Source: Haliotis cracherodii
Lineage: Eukaryota
DNA length: 64,000 nucleotides
Direction of reading: 5' to 3'
Assembly (NCBI RefSeq): GCF_022045235.1
Contig: NW_027266273.1
Span: forward strand, 22,134,001-22,198,000
Positions 21,343 through 35,700 of this stretch are shown piece by piece (the first letter of the stretch is position 1; each line of letters starts with the position of its first letter). The translations under genes were made by a program, and so were the position numbers. Below the pieces are notes generated by a model that saw only the letters and a program-made list of their open reading frames with translations, had not been told where the DNA came from and searched no databases.

Positions 21343-24300
21343 ATGGCGGCCATGATACCTACATCCATGGCAATACTCTTGGTGTCGTCTGCTTCGGCCC
21401 TAACGGAGATTGTGCAGACCAAATATGGACGCTATAATGGTTTTATAGAAGAAATGGAGGACGGAAATATAACGAAGTTTCTAGGAATACCTTATGCCAA
21501 ACCTCCCACCGGGGGCAGACGATTCAGGGCCCCCGAGGCTCTCGCTGAACAGGAAAACATCACTGTCGATGCTGTTCAGTTCAAACCGGCGTGTCCGCAA
21601 AATGAAGCCATATTCAGGAATATTTACGCCCCTCATTTGGAGAATAAAACCACGAGTGAGGATTGTCTGTACCTGAACGTATATGTTCCAGGCACTGTGG
21701 ACCGGACGAGGCAGGAACCCCTGGCTGTGATGGTCTGGATTCATAGCGGAGCGTTTCAGTTCGGAGCTGGATCTCTTCACGACGGTTCTCGACTTGCACT
21801 AACTGGGGATGTGATCGTCGTCACCATTAACTACAGACTCGGGTTACTTGGTTTCCTAGGAACTGAGGATACAGTTGCTAGGGGCAACTGGGGATTGATG
21901 GACCAGACGAAAGCTTTAGAGTGGGTGCAGGTAAACATAGAACATTTCGGCGGCAACCCAGGCAATGTGACCCTGTTTGGCGACTCTTCCGGCGCGTACA
22001 GTGTAGGACTTCACATTCTTAGTCCGCTCTCCCGTGGTCTCTTCAATCGTGCCATATCGCAGAGCGGTTCTGCCATTATGAACGGTTTGAACAGACGGCC
22101 TCGAGAACGAGTCGTCAAAGTCGCCCAGTACCTCAATTGTTCCAATGGGAACTACCCCCAGTCAACACTCAGTCTGGTCATGTGTCTCCGGCACGCAGAC
22201 GTGAACGTCCTCGTCAAAGCAGACGGAAGCATCGCGTCATCAATAGCACCCTTTACCCCAACAATCGACGGACATTTTCTTCCAAAAGAGCCATTGGATC
22301 TGATGAAACAGGGAACATTTGCCGCTGTGGATTACATCATTGGCATGAATAGTGACGAAGGCTCGGCGACGCTCGAGAACATGCCTTCTGTGCTGGACGG
22401 TGAGGGGATGAACAGAGCCATGTTTGAAACATTCCTGTCTCGGACTTTTATAGCCAGATACCCATCCCCTCTTCCAGCACGTGTCACGGATGTCGTCTGG
22501 TCGACACTTCTGTCACACTACCTTCCAGCAGACGACACAGTGGCAGCTTACAGACGACGCTACTTGGATGCTTGTAGGGACGTGTTCGCCGCTCAAACCC
22601 TTCAGTATGCAAATTACCACTCCACCAAAGCCAACTGCTTCGTGTACTACTTCACCCACCGACCGTCTCGCTCTCAGTACCCAGACTACATCCGGGCTGC
22701 GCACTCAGACGACCTTCAGTTTGTGTTTGGCGACATCCAGAATCTGGGCACACGTGAAGAAACAGAACTTAGTGCTGATTGGATGGATGCTTGGGCGTCG
22801 TTTGCGAAATATGGGTATGTACACTACAGAAATAGTAGGTCTCGTCATGTAATGTAATGTAGATGATCGTTGATGAAGTTTGATGTGAAGTTGCCGGACA
22901 CATATTTTAGAATTAGCATTTAAATGTTGATGATTTAGTCTTACATCCGGGGGCACGGGTGGCCCAGTCGTCTAAGGCGCCGTGATTTACTGTGCAGAGT
23001 TGCGTCCCCTGGGCACGCCAGAAACCTATGATTGTGGGTTCGAATCCCGATTCGCCCCGATCATGTTTGTAGGTTTTTCAGCACCATACCCGTGCTCGTG
23101 GGTTTCACCGAACTGGTAAACGTCTGAGACCTGCATCACTTCGGGCTTTCCTCTCACATTAAGCTGACAAGCCGTGATATAACTGGAATAATGATAAAAG
23201 CGGCGTTAAACCAAACTCACTCACTAGTCTTACAACTAGGATCAGGGCAAACCACTGACGGTTTCATTGCCGCATTAGGAGTAGGGTGTGGTGTGAGGGG
23301 TATTGGGGTCACGTGGACCATGTGTCACATGATGATTGAGTTCGATCATCATGACTGACTGACTGAGTATGGTTTTACGCTGCTTTTAGCAATATTCCAG
23401 CAAAATCACGGCAGGGGGACACCAGAAATGGGCTTCACACACTGTACCCATGTCGGGAATCGAACCCGGGTCTTCGGCGTGACGAGCGAAAGCTTAAACC
23501 ACTAGGCTACGCGACCGCCCCTCAATCATCATGAACAAATTCACCACATATATATCTCTACGCTCGTATCAATGATCTAGCCATGAACTAGCACACCTTG
23601 CGCTACAGTAATAAGACTTTTTTGTTGTTGTTGAGAGGGACTATTTCCTTCAGAACATCTAGCAATTATGGTGTACGAATTTCTCTGGTAAAACCCGAGG
23701 ATAAATTTACGACGGACGGATTATTTTTCACATAAATCCCAAAATATTTGAGTCTTGTCGTTTCTGTTGCGTGTTCTTCTTTCTGTATATCGATTGTACA
23801 GCATTGACGACTAGATTTCGAAGATGAGTATTGCTTGAATTTCAATGTGGTCATACAGAATAAATTCTGACCGATATAACCGCCACTAACATCTATAAAA
23901 CGATGATATGCAACTTGATATGGTTTATGCCATTTTATTTGTAGAAATCCCAACTTCAATTCGAGTCAGCTTGAGTGGCAGCACTACAGTGAGTCGACAA
24001 GATCGTATTTGGAAATAACTGTAAATATGTCGGAGTCAAATTCGAAAACGAGGCTTTTAGAAGGCGGAAGCATGCTATGGAATGATGTTCTTCCTGGAAT
24101 AGCAACCATGGCAACAGGTCAAAGGCCACAGGTGTCAATGGCAGCTGCGGGCCAGGGAATGGTCGCTCTTCGACAGAATATGATGTCTAAAGGTAAAAAA
24201 AATTAATAAAAAAAATGGATCCCTATTAGATCTATCGATGCAATTGTGTAAATACTGCACATATACATGTGCATACACTACACAAGTGTACAGCATACGT

Positions 24301-25604
24301 CAGTGCACTCACGGATGGTCAGAATTTATCACTGTCGAATGACCCGTGAAGATGCGGGGTAAAATAGGTCTTCAGCAACCCATGCTTGTCGTAAAAGGTG
24401 ACTATGCTTGTCGTAAGAGGCGACTAACGGGATCGGGTGGTCAGGCTCGCTGGCTTGTGGTAAGAAGCGACTAAAACCAGATTCGGTCATTTGGCTATGT
24501 TATCTTCGGACACCGACCACGTCGGACGTTATTCGTGTTATTAGAAACTGGTTTGTTCGGCCCAGACTGGATTATTTACCACCGTCATTTAGCTGTGTTA
24601 TTGCTGACTGTGGCGCAACACAAACAAACAAATAAACAAACAGAATAAACGTGTTTTTGTGTTGCAGCTAGTGACAAGGACTGGGGGATGAGCGCCAAGC
24701 AGGTATGTATAACTACACACAGCCACTGTAGCGAGGGGCAGGTAGCTTAGAGGGAAAAGCTATAAACGGAAGCGCCACGCTAAGATAAATTGAACCGTCT
24801 AGCCAAAGATCCACAATAGACGAACACGTGTGTAATAAACTCTTGTGAAGTATTTGCCTGAACATGTCACTTAAAAAATAAGGACAACCCGACTTTCATA
24901 TTACTATGAATAAAAAATGTCTCATTTCTCATCATATTATTATTCGAAAACTTAATTTTGAAAGACTTTTCAAAGTGATTTTCTAAACTATAGACAAATT
25001 TGAAATGTAAGTATCGTATTAGTAATTTAATTACTATTCGTAGGGTGCAAAAAAGTGTAAAAATACAATCCTTTCAGGGTTTTTTGGAAGTGATGAATAG
25101 CAACACTTTTGGGTTTTTTTTTTTGTCTTATCTAAAGTTGTATACATAAATGTCATGTTTCACTAAAATACGGGAAATTATTTTTTTTGTAACTGGACAT
25201 CGGGACGGTGGGGGAGCCTAGTGGATAAAGCGTTCGCTCGGCACGCAAAATACCCGGGTTCGATTCCCAACATGGGTACAAAGCGACGTAAAACCATACT
25301 CACACACTCACTCACGCACTGTAAGTGAACATCACGGTTATTGTGGCGCCATGTTTGTTGTTGTTGTTTACAGGCCGAGGAAGTCATGCTGAGTCTGATT
25401 CTAGTTGTCACGTTCCTCGTGGTCATCTGCGCAGCTCTCGTGCGCATGGTCTGCTACATTGACAGGAAGCGAGTCCCGCCACCAAGAGGGTCGAGTTTTG
25501 TGAACGAAGCTTATGACTTGAACTTAATAAACAAATGTTCAAATGGGGAAACAGCCAGAACAAGATGTCCCCACAAAAGCATGGAGAGTGCAACAAAGTT
25601 ATGA
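21343..25604 (+). CDS. Type-B carboxylesterase/cholinesterase-family protein, single-pass type I membrane (neuroligin-like topology), ~661 aa
   Basis: Exons 21343-22814, 23945-24192, 24668-24702, 25374-25604 (phases 2,1,0). Signal peptide; FLGIPYAKPP, SEDCLYLNVY, NYRLG, GDSSG, NSDEG, AAHSDDL, YG|NPN; TM segment in the last exon. Probable 5'UTR exon ends at 19421 (aag|gtaaga) with acceptor at 21297. Confidence 0.93.
22949..23225 (+). mobile_element. SINE family D with TSD
   Basis: Similarity to 20198-20496; tagtcttaca on both flanks. Confidence 0.88.
23352..23521 (-). mobile_element. SINE family B
   Basis: Full length, reverse strand. Confidence 0.9.
24342..24645 (+). mobile_element. Family A copy (composite, diverged 3' half)
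   Basis: Head matches the reference; 3' part older. Confidence 0.8.
25202..25320 (+). mobile_element. SINE family B with internal deletion
   Basis: Head joined directly to tail. Confidence 0.8.
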
Positions 25605-26069
25605 TTGACACGTGACGTCATAATTTTTCCAAAGTAACTTATAATCTCAACCAGCATCCATGTTGGAACTCGTTTCATTCACATGACTGTCACATGACAC
25701 ACCTCAGCTGTCGTGTCGCGGAAGAAAAGGATGAAAGTGTTTTTGTTTTTTGTCTGCAAATGAAAGTGTAAAAATACCTTGAACGAACAAAAAGGCATGT
25801 CTTTCTTTCACGGAAGGAACGCGGCAGAAGCTCACGGTGAACAGTCTACAGTTTCACTATATGTATCACTACTCCACAGCTTCCGGAGGAGGTGAAATGA
25901 GCTGGGTTGACCGGAGCGCATGCCAAGAGTGACGGACATTTACTATTGTTTGCGCCAGCCAATGAAAAGCAATACAGCAACATACAATGACATCATAAAC
26001 AGCGTGTAGTGGCCGGGCTATTGTAACTATTGATCCATTACGCTCGTCTTTCGTCTTTTGATTTTATTT

Positions 26070-26295
26070 TTGTATTTATGATTTCGGTCATTTGGCTCTA
26101 TTTCTTCATGATTTAAGCCATTTTGCTGTATTTGTTTTTAATGATTTCAGTCATTTTGCTTTGTTCATTCATGATTTCAGTCCATTATTCACAATTTCAG
26201 TCCATTATTCATGATTTCAGTCCATTATTCATGATTTCAGTCCATTATACATGATTTCAGTAATATGGCTTGTAATTTGTGTATTTATGATTTCA
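26070..26295. repeat. 20-bp tandem repeat with degenerate flanks
   Basis: catgatttcagtccattatt. Confidence 0.8.
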
Positions 26296-26784
26296 ATGTT
26301 CTTTGGGTCTTGCACCATAGCCTCGATGTCCTGTATCAAATTTGTTATGATGGATTCGTAATCCAGGTATATTTATTAATTGCTCTGATGTTTGTGAATA
26401 AAGCGATTGCTGCAAGAGGCAATCTTGACTAGTAGTACATTCCTGTCTGGAGCATGTGTCCTGGTAGAATCGTGTCGTGGTGCATGGATGTGTGGATTAG
26501 GACACCCGGTGTCTAGCCCTCCTGGTGGTGCCCGGTGTTTCATCTCGGTCACTCAATTTGAACTGTTGAGTCTCGACCGTAGAAGCTGTTCCAAAAACAG
26601 GAGATATTGGGGCGGTATTGAGACACTGGATAATTGTGTTGTTTCTCCTTTCGGTGTTAAGTGTGTTCCCCAACTCGCTGATTGGCATTTTACACGTTTG
26701 TCTAAATACCGTAACACCCAACAGTCATATTGAAAAAAAGAATTTTGATTTTATTCATAAAGTGAGTGCCGATCTCTTCCTGCA

Positions 26785-29700
26785 TCACATGAAATGTATC
26801 ACGTCGCGCAGTGTCGACGTCGCTGATTGGATGGTAAAGAATATGACCGAAAAGTGTTGTTTGACGTTCTCCCATTGGTTGGTGTCGGAGTCCTTGATAT
26901 CGAAAAGGAGGTCAATCAGCCCTGGGAACGAGGCTCCGGAATAGCTGTCCTTGCTGCTCGGCGCAAACAGGATGTGCCTGTGTACATGAAGCAGAGTGAG
27001 TGAGTGAAAGACCAGAGAAAGATCCAGCAATACTTCACTGGAATCATCTTCACAACGTAAAACATTGGATGACATGGCGTTCGAGGCGACAAACGGGATC
27101 GGGTGGTCAGGCTTGCTGACTTGGTTGATGCATGTCTTCGATCCCAATTGCGTGGATTGATGTTCATGATATCAATCACCGGATTGCCAAGGATACCCAC
27201 CTGTAGTTACTCCGGACAGGCAGTCCGTGGGGGTTGAGGAACGCCCTCTCCAGCTGTAGGAGCTGGCTGACTTGGTTGATGCATGTCATCGATCCCAATT
27301 GCGTTGATTGATGCTCATGATATCAATCACTGGATTGTCTGGCCCATACTCGATTATTTACAGAACGCCGTCATATTGCTGTAATATTGCTGAGTGCAGC
27401 GTTAAACAACCAACCAACCAACATTGTATTCCGCAGATGCCTTTTTCTTTGTTTTTTCCGAACAATTTCTCGGGATGGCCGTTATATACATATCCTGCCG
27501 AGTTGGCTAGTTCATACGTACATATATTTTTTACCGATAGGTCTAATTATTCCTGTCTCAGTGTACCCCTAATTTTCCAGGAACGTCAATGTGGGGGACT
27601 GAATAAAAAGTTGAAATGGAATTTTAAAAGAGTTAGAGAATACAAGTAACTTACGAACTACGGGGAAATACGGATTATCTGGAGAGTATGAATTAAGTAA
27701 GTTGTGAGCCAAGGCTACCCACCTGTAGTTACTCCGGCCAGGCAGTCCGTGGGGGTCGAGGAAGGCCCTCTCCAGCTGGAGGAGTTGGTCATTCAGCTTG
27801 CGGACGACGAGGGGGCTGAAGATACGGATGTGGAGATTTGTTACAGTTACGATTGTCGTAACATTAACTTTAAACACACTTACGACTGTCGTAACATTCA
27901 CTTTGAACACACTTAGGACTGTCGTTTCATTTACTTTGAACGCACTTACGACTGTCGTAACATTCACTTTGAACACACTTACGACTGTCGTAACATTCAC
28001 TTTGAACACACTTACGACTGTCGTAACATTCACTTTGAACACACTTACGACTGTCGTAACATTCCCTGTGAACACAATTATGACTGTCACATTCACTTTG
28101 AATACAGGCCTACGGCTGCCTTAACGTAGATTTTGAACACTGTTATGACTAGCGTATCACACACTTTGAACACGGATTGATATACAAATTTACGACTGTC
28201 GTAACATGCCATTTGAACACAGTATTAAGACTGGAAATCTGTGTATGGTTGTCGTAACTACCACTATGAAGTATGAATAGACTACCGATATTCGTAACTC
28301 ACACTTTTAACTTACACCTGTCGTATTTCCCACTTTAGCATAGACTTGCGACTGTCGTAGCTTTTTCGAGCACAAAAGTATGTCTTTCGTAACACCCACA
28401 TTGAACACATACTTACGAAGAGTCCGTGATAAAAAAATACACAAATATATTATTATGAGTAGCAGGATCAGTAGCCTAAAGGGACGTCATGCATAGAATG
28501 TCATGTAGATTGTAGTAGCCGTACATTTTACGCCCTTGATTGTTCTTAACATACTTGGACGTCTTCGTGTTGGCCACGTCCGCCATGAAACTGGCCGCTG
28601 TCTCTGTGAACTCGTCTACAACCTGGGTCAGATTGGCCTCTGGAGAGAGAAGAGTGAGTAAGTATGATTTTTACGCCGCTTTAAGCAATATTTCCAGCAA
28701 TATCACGGCAGGGGACACCAAAAGGGAGCTTCACACATTGTACCCATGTGGGGAATCGAATCCGGGCCTTCGGCGTGACGCGCGAACGCTTTAACCGATA
28801 AGGTACCCACCGTTCCCAGAGAAGAAATGGGAGTACATCTATGAATCGGCAGAAGGACACGTTTGAGGTAAAACAAAGCGGAGGTGAAACGTGATAGAGG
28901 TGAGAAAACAGTAGGGGTTACACATAGTAGAGTTTTTTATGTGGCAGTGTAAATCTTCAAGGCTAGCATTTGATAAATCTACACCAACCCTGGATTCCTC
29001 CCTGTGGTTCTCGTAATCTCAAATTATCCGCCCTGGAGAAAAGGGGATGCATATTTTGTGGTGGCATAGTTTATAGTGATGGTAAGTAGTCAGTGGTGGA
29101 AAATGATTGAAGCGGTGGTAAAATGTCGAGGGCAGTCGGAAGCAGGAAGTTACCTCACCTGGTACACAGGAGACACTCGATCGTTCGAGAAGTCTCGGGG
29201 TGGGACAGGCTGGCTGTACCTAAATCTTAGCGACACGATGGAAATTCGGAGGCTATTACGACCTGCCGTGCGTCTTATTTATTCAAAATTCAAGAACAGA
29301 AACTGCTGCCACGATGGTGTCCAAAAATAATGCCCCTTTTTATTGTAAATCTAAAGCATTTGCGTTTAAATATAATTTATTGTTTATTCATTGATCTACT
29401 TTATTGATTTCACATTTTAGTTCTGTACGAACAGATATCTGCGTTAAACTTTGTGTTTCAATTTTGAAATCACCTCGTATCAGGGTGAAACACCGAAGAG
29501 GTGAAAATAAGTTAGGGGACAATGCGGTAGACTTGAAACGTGGTACAGGTGAAAAACGGTGGGGTGAAATACGATAGAGGTGAAAAACGGTGGGGTGAAA
29601 TACGAAAGAGGTGAAAAACGGTGGAGGTGAAACGTGGAAGAGGTGAAATATTGTACAGCTGGCGCATTGTCGAGGTCAAGGGTTGTCGAGGCGAAGCACC

Positions 29701-32700
29701 ATATACGGGAAATATACGGCATAAATGGCTAACAAGGTGAAGGTGACATATTGTAGAGGTGAAACATCTTACCATATCCAGGCAAGTGTCTGTCCAGGAT
29801 GTCACCTTTATCCGCCACGAGCTGCGCCTGGAGTCGGGTCAGGGTCTCGGCGTAGTCAGACAGGTTGAAGGGCAAAATGACGGACTCGGTGAGCTCCAGC
29901 GCCAGGGCCACCCACAGCTGACCGAGTGCTCGGTGGTACTGTAGAGATACACGCGAGCAGTGTGATAGTTACTCGCGTTGTATACTACAATAAGGTATCA
30001 TCATATCAAGTCAAGTCCAAGTTCCACCATGTGGGCCTTTCGTTTTTTAGAAAATGATTTTATACTTCCGATTCTGATGCTTTGAACGAATATATAACAA
30101 ATAGAGATGACTATGCCAGGGTCTCGCCCGTGCCATTAATTTTGTAAAATGCATTTACAACCACCAGTTGTGCCTGGTAGTTCTAAGGACATTTGATTAA
30201 ATAACTTGGTTTTCGTATACTTTCTACAAAAATTCAGAGTATGTGGTCAAAATAAAAATAAGATATCAATTCAAAAATATAAACTTTGCTTTTTGCAATA
30301 AGTGACTGTTTCTTGACACGTAGGGGTAAAAAACAATAAAAGGGATGTATTCACAATACATAAGATAATAGACCCATTTGTCACTCTGCCTTTGAAAACA
30401 CAAAGATTGTTTGCTCTCAGGACATTTATCACAGCCAAATACAGCACAACCTCATTTAAACATGTCCATCATGTCCAGATAAACGGGTCAGATCATATAA
30501 ACTCCGTGCAGCCTTCCAATGCGCTCGCATGTTGTATTTAAAGTGTATAGCGATGTTTTGAGTTCATGATTATTGTGTAGCTTGCTGAAAGCGATGTGGA
30601 TCTAAATCAAGATTTAGGTCATCTATGAAAACAATCTGCTTGGGTTTTATTTCATGTGGGGCAGATACTTTGATGTTTCTCTCGGTGGAAATAAAAAAAT
30701 GTTGCAAGTTATTTCCCCCCAATTTGCAGAATCTGGGCACGGCGGATATGTACACCAATCTTTTAAAAAAATCGCCTAACACAAGGTTAGAATTAACTGG
30801 TTTCAATATTCAGAGTCTAATACACAGTCTTGTAGTATTTACTTTCCCACTGGCGAGTCTCGGCGTAATAAAATTATCATATCAATATCATCCACAGTTT
30901 CCTTCTTACCGTAAAGTTCCCATCGACGAAATTTTTGACGGCGTAGAATGTTTCGTACTCAGAGTGGTACAAGGGGTAGGAACCTAAGTCCCACTTGGTC
31001 TGAAACAGTCGACGGTGAAACGGCACAAGTTGTGTGTCATGCCGCCAAGAGAGGGTCTGTGGTTTGTTGGGTTCAGAGATGTAGGTATTGATCTGGGTTG
31101 AGAGTTGTCTGACACAGATTCATACCTGATACACAGTTAGACATCAATGTCCATACATGTAGCTGTTTGAGCCTTTGGACCAGACCACCAATAACTTGAA
31201 GCGACAGAGTAGACACAATTTAAGGATAACAACGTTTTTAACATTCTAGTCGAGGGTAGAGGTTTTGTTTGTTTGTTTAGTGTTTAACGCTGCACTCAGC
31301 AATATTCCAGCAACATGACTGCGGTCTGTAAATAATCGAGTCTGGACCAGACAATCCTGTGATTGACACCATGAGCATCGATCCACGCAATTGGGATAGG
31401 ATGACATGCATCAACCAAGTCAGCGAGCCTGAACGACCGATCCCGTTAGTCGCCTCTTACGACAAGCATCGTCGCCTTTTACGGCAAGCATGGGTTGCTG
31501 AAGACCAATTCTACCCCGGGTGTTCACGGGTCCGTGGGTTGTGGTAGCACATTAAATAAGTTGTTATTCATATACTATGTCCTCTTTATCACCCGTCAAC
31601 TTCATTCGTGACCAACTCGTGTCAGCCCGGGTTTGGGGAACGAGTCTTCTTGCAGGCTACGGAAAAGGGCAAGTGGTGACGAATGCCGTCAACTTCTAGC
31701 AAACAATTCTACTTGAAGCGCTCTTAAAATCTCTTACAGCCTGTAAACTGTCTGTGAAATGCTTGTATCTTTAAACAACACGCACAGCACATCAGCATGC
31801 TCACCACGTCGTAGATGTAGCCCATGTCGAGGATAGGTACCCCGGCTAGGCCCCTCATGTTGGCGAAGTCACTCCCCGACCCTAGGTTGCCGTATCTGCA
31901 ACAGGTAACGAAAAGAGGTAGCAATGGTGATCAGCTCCACATGAAACTTTGTATGTTTGTTTGTTGTTTAACCCCGCACTCAGCACTATTCCACCCGGAA
32001 CAAATATTGCCAGTGTACATGGTTTGGGCAAAACTGAAACGTTTCCATGGGAATAGGACCAATTTCGCTACGGGAACAGATACTCTTTGACATTTCCATC
32101 GCATGCAGTTTAATTTACAGTTTGTTGTTTAGCGCCGCACTCAGCAATATCCCAGCTTATTGACGGCGGTCTGTAAATAATCGGGTGTAGACCGGACACT
32201 CCAGTGATTGACATTATGAGCATCGATCTTCGCAAATGGGATACAATGACATGTATCAATCAAGTCAGCCAGTCTGACCACCCGATCCCGTTAGTTGTCT
32301 CTTATGACAAGCATGCTGAAGACCAATTCCAACCTGAATCTTCAAAACATAGCAGCCCTATCTCCTCAATCGTTAAACATATTGTCTTTACCAAATCAGG
32401 CGACAGCTGACCTCATCAATACTTTTCAGGGTTTACCTTTGATCCCTGGTGTGGTCTATGCATCTAACTACCCTGATAACAAGCTATAAGTACTTTTGTT
32501 TTACCCCCCTCTTAGCCATATTCCAGCATTATCACGGTAGGGAACATCCGAAATGAGCTTCACACATCGTACCCATGTGGGGAATCGAACCCTGGTCTTT
32601 GGCGCGATGAACGAACGCTTTAATAGCTAGAGTAACACACCACTCTGGGTTCGGGAAAACACATGCCGATGCAGCCAAAGTTTGAAACGGAGGTACTATG

Positions 32701-35700
32701 CCCATAGCTACCTTACTCATTAGCACTTCCTTTTCAACATCATTTCTAGTTGAGTAGAATGTATGCAATGCGTAGAAAGACCTATAAGTCAAGCTACCTT
32801 GATAAGCATGTGCTCTTCCGGATTAATAACGTCACATCCGGTTTGTGAAAACATGTCTAATGCGAGATAACCTTAAAACAGAAGGTTATATGGCTCTTAC
32901 TAGCTTTATAAGTAAGTGATATAATATGCGCTTCGAGATCATAGTACTTTTGATGTATTTACTGGGCTCCGTTTTAAGAAAATACAATTGATATGAGAGG
33001 TTGAATCTGATTGGTCAATGGGAGGGACATAGAGGGGACATAACATGTAATAGCGACTGGTGGCGCTACAATCGAGCCTTGAAATTCAAGCCTAGTACAG
33101 TCTGTTAACTCCCTTGCCTCGGGAAGATGCTGCAGGCGAACCTCACTTGACATGTCGACCTACTCCACACTAACTGCACCTGTCATGTCGACCTACTCCA
33201 GATGATCTAACCCCATGTGACATACAGACCTACTCCACCAGCTATCTCCGTGACTACTTACATTGGTCTGCCCAGTCCCCTGCCGGCCTTGTCATGCGCC
33301 TCCTCCCTGGTCACCCACTCCTCGTACAGTGTCTGGAACTCAGAGTTCGGGGACTTCACCTGAAACATAGTCCCAAGAGTTCTAGACGAACTACTCAACC
33401 ACAAGCTCTCTGCCCTGTACAGAGCAAAGGGAACACCAACGCCACTCCATCCCACCCCACCCCACCTCGTGTTTACCTTTTGTGTGGCCGACAATGCTGT
33501 TCTGTACAGTAGAGGGGATCCACCAATAGTGACGCTGTACTGACCTTGATACAAAAATAAGAGAAATTTAAAAACCCCCAAACCATTTGCCCTCTTCAAT
33601 TGTCGATTATGGTTTAATATAAAATATCCATATATTTGGAAGCGATTATATTGTTAACTGGAGAGGGACACAGACCAAGCCAACTATATGAGCATCGATC
33701 CACGCCACCGGCGCACGATGAGCCAGCTCATAATGAAGAAACTACATGGGTGATACATTTTCCCCGATACAAGCTAAGTCTTTCGACGCTCGGAGCATAA
33801 GACGCTATGTACCATCGGAGATACCCATCGTTCCTGGAATCTGAGACGCCCCTACGAGGTTAGGAAGAATGAGAACTGGTGCAACACTTTACTTTTCACC
33901 AAGGTGAATTGTTTACCTACGACTGCAATGTCCACGTTCAGGTACGCCACCGCCCTCGTCGTCAACGTCTTCACATATTCCTGAAATGCGAAGTAGACTT
34001 TGCACGGTCGTAGAATTCCAGCTAACTGTGTATATGGGGTTAGAGTCGGTTTAAAGCCGCTTTTAACAATTTTTCGGCTGTATCATGACGCGTCATCCTA
34101 ATGGAGGAGGAAAACCCCATATTACAAAGAGGCAAAGGGGAAACTCACCTCAACAAACTCAGTGGATCCAATCAGTCCGTACTCCTCGGCATCCCAACTA
34201 CAGAGGATGATGGACCTGCTTGGACGCCAGCTGGCTGAAGTGGAATGAGTGAGTGAGTGAGAGAAAAAGAAGAAAAACGTAAGCCACCCAAATCCAAGAT
34301 GGCCGCCATTTTTACCAAAATAGTCTTGAACACTAACACCGTCATGCTGCAGGTGACAGTGTCGTCTGTATTCAGCCCTACAAGACGACGTCTGTCCAGC
34401 CGCAAGACAACAACGGATGACAGCCAGAATGATCTCCTCATGTAGCTATATGGGGATTCGAACCAGATTTCAGTTTAACGAGCTAACAGGAGAACTCCCT
34501 AACCCTCACCCATCCCGACTTTACTAGGTTAACGAGTGCCCCCTCATGTTGGTTACGTACTGGTATTTATGGCCTGTTTGAGAGCCCGGGCGATCTCCAA
34601 CATGACTGCTGTACCACTCGACGGATCAATGGCTCCAAACACCCACGCGTCTCTATGGTTACCGAGTATCACGTAGCGATCTGGAAGAGAAGACATTAAA
34701 TCAAGTAACGTTGAATGTTGATAGAGTATGGATGAAAGGTACATATGAGTTGGAGTGAGTGAGTGGGTTTAGGTGGGTGGGTGAGTGAGTGAGTGGTTGT
34801 GACAACGTACCTGGCTCCACTGCTCCTTGTATCACTCCAACGACGTCAGAGATCTTGCTCTGCTTGTTTCTTGTGGACACATTCAGTCGGACGTGTCTGG
34901 AAGGACACAGGACCAGGGTTAGCTAGTGTTTTCGTATTGGGAACATAAATTACGTCTTGACTGACTTGAAGCATGCTGTTACTACAGCATGTTCTCAGAT
35001 ACCTACAAATGCTACATGGAAGCAGCCCCATTATATCTCACCGAACTACTGCCTAAATACAAGCCTTCCAGATCTCTCTGTTCTCAGAATAACCACCTGT
35101 TTCTAGTCCCGGAAAGCCGTCTCAAAACCTTTGGTCAGAGATGACATCACAAAATATGGACGTGGCAAAGTAAGGCGACCTTTATTGTTTCGGAACTGCC
35201 CGTTTATGTCTGTTTTCGAGATACAGATGTCAGACATGCAGCTGAAACTTTAGTAGCATCAAATTTGATTTCAAAGTTGATCTGATGCGACCCCCCTTTG
35301 GTTTGTCAGATATATATACAGGATTCATGGGTTAATTGAAGGCAATGTTTCCTATAATATTACCATTATATCATTTTTATACTTATTTGCACATAACTAC
35401 ATTTGCAAGTGGGTAAATGTCTCATTCGTTCAATAATGTTTGAAATAATGTTTAATATGGTTTCTTGTTACTATAATCTAACGTACACGGTGTTATCAGT
35501 TGGTTATAGCTTTCCTCACAATTGTTATTTTGGATAGGAAATATTTCAAACTCATTTTATTTCCTGCATATCGTCATTTACCCCTTGCTGCTAAACTGTT
35601 TAACAATCTAACTAAAATCAGATCTTAGTTCCCGCTTCCGCTAAACAAAGATGTAGGGATATCGGGTCAAGTCAGAACGACCTTACACCCGACCAATCAG

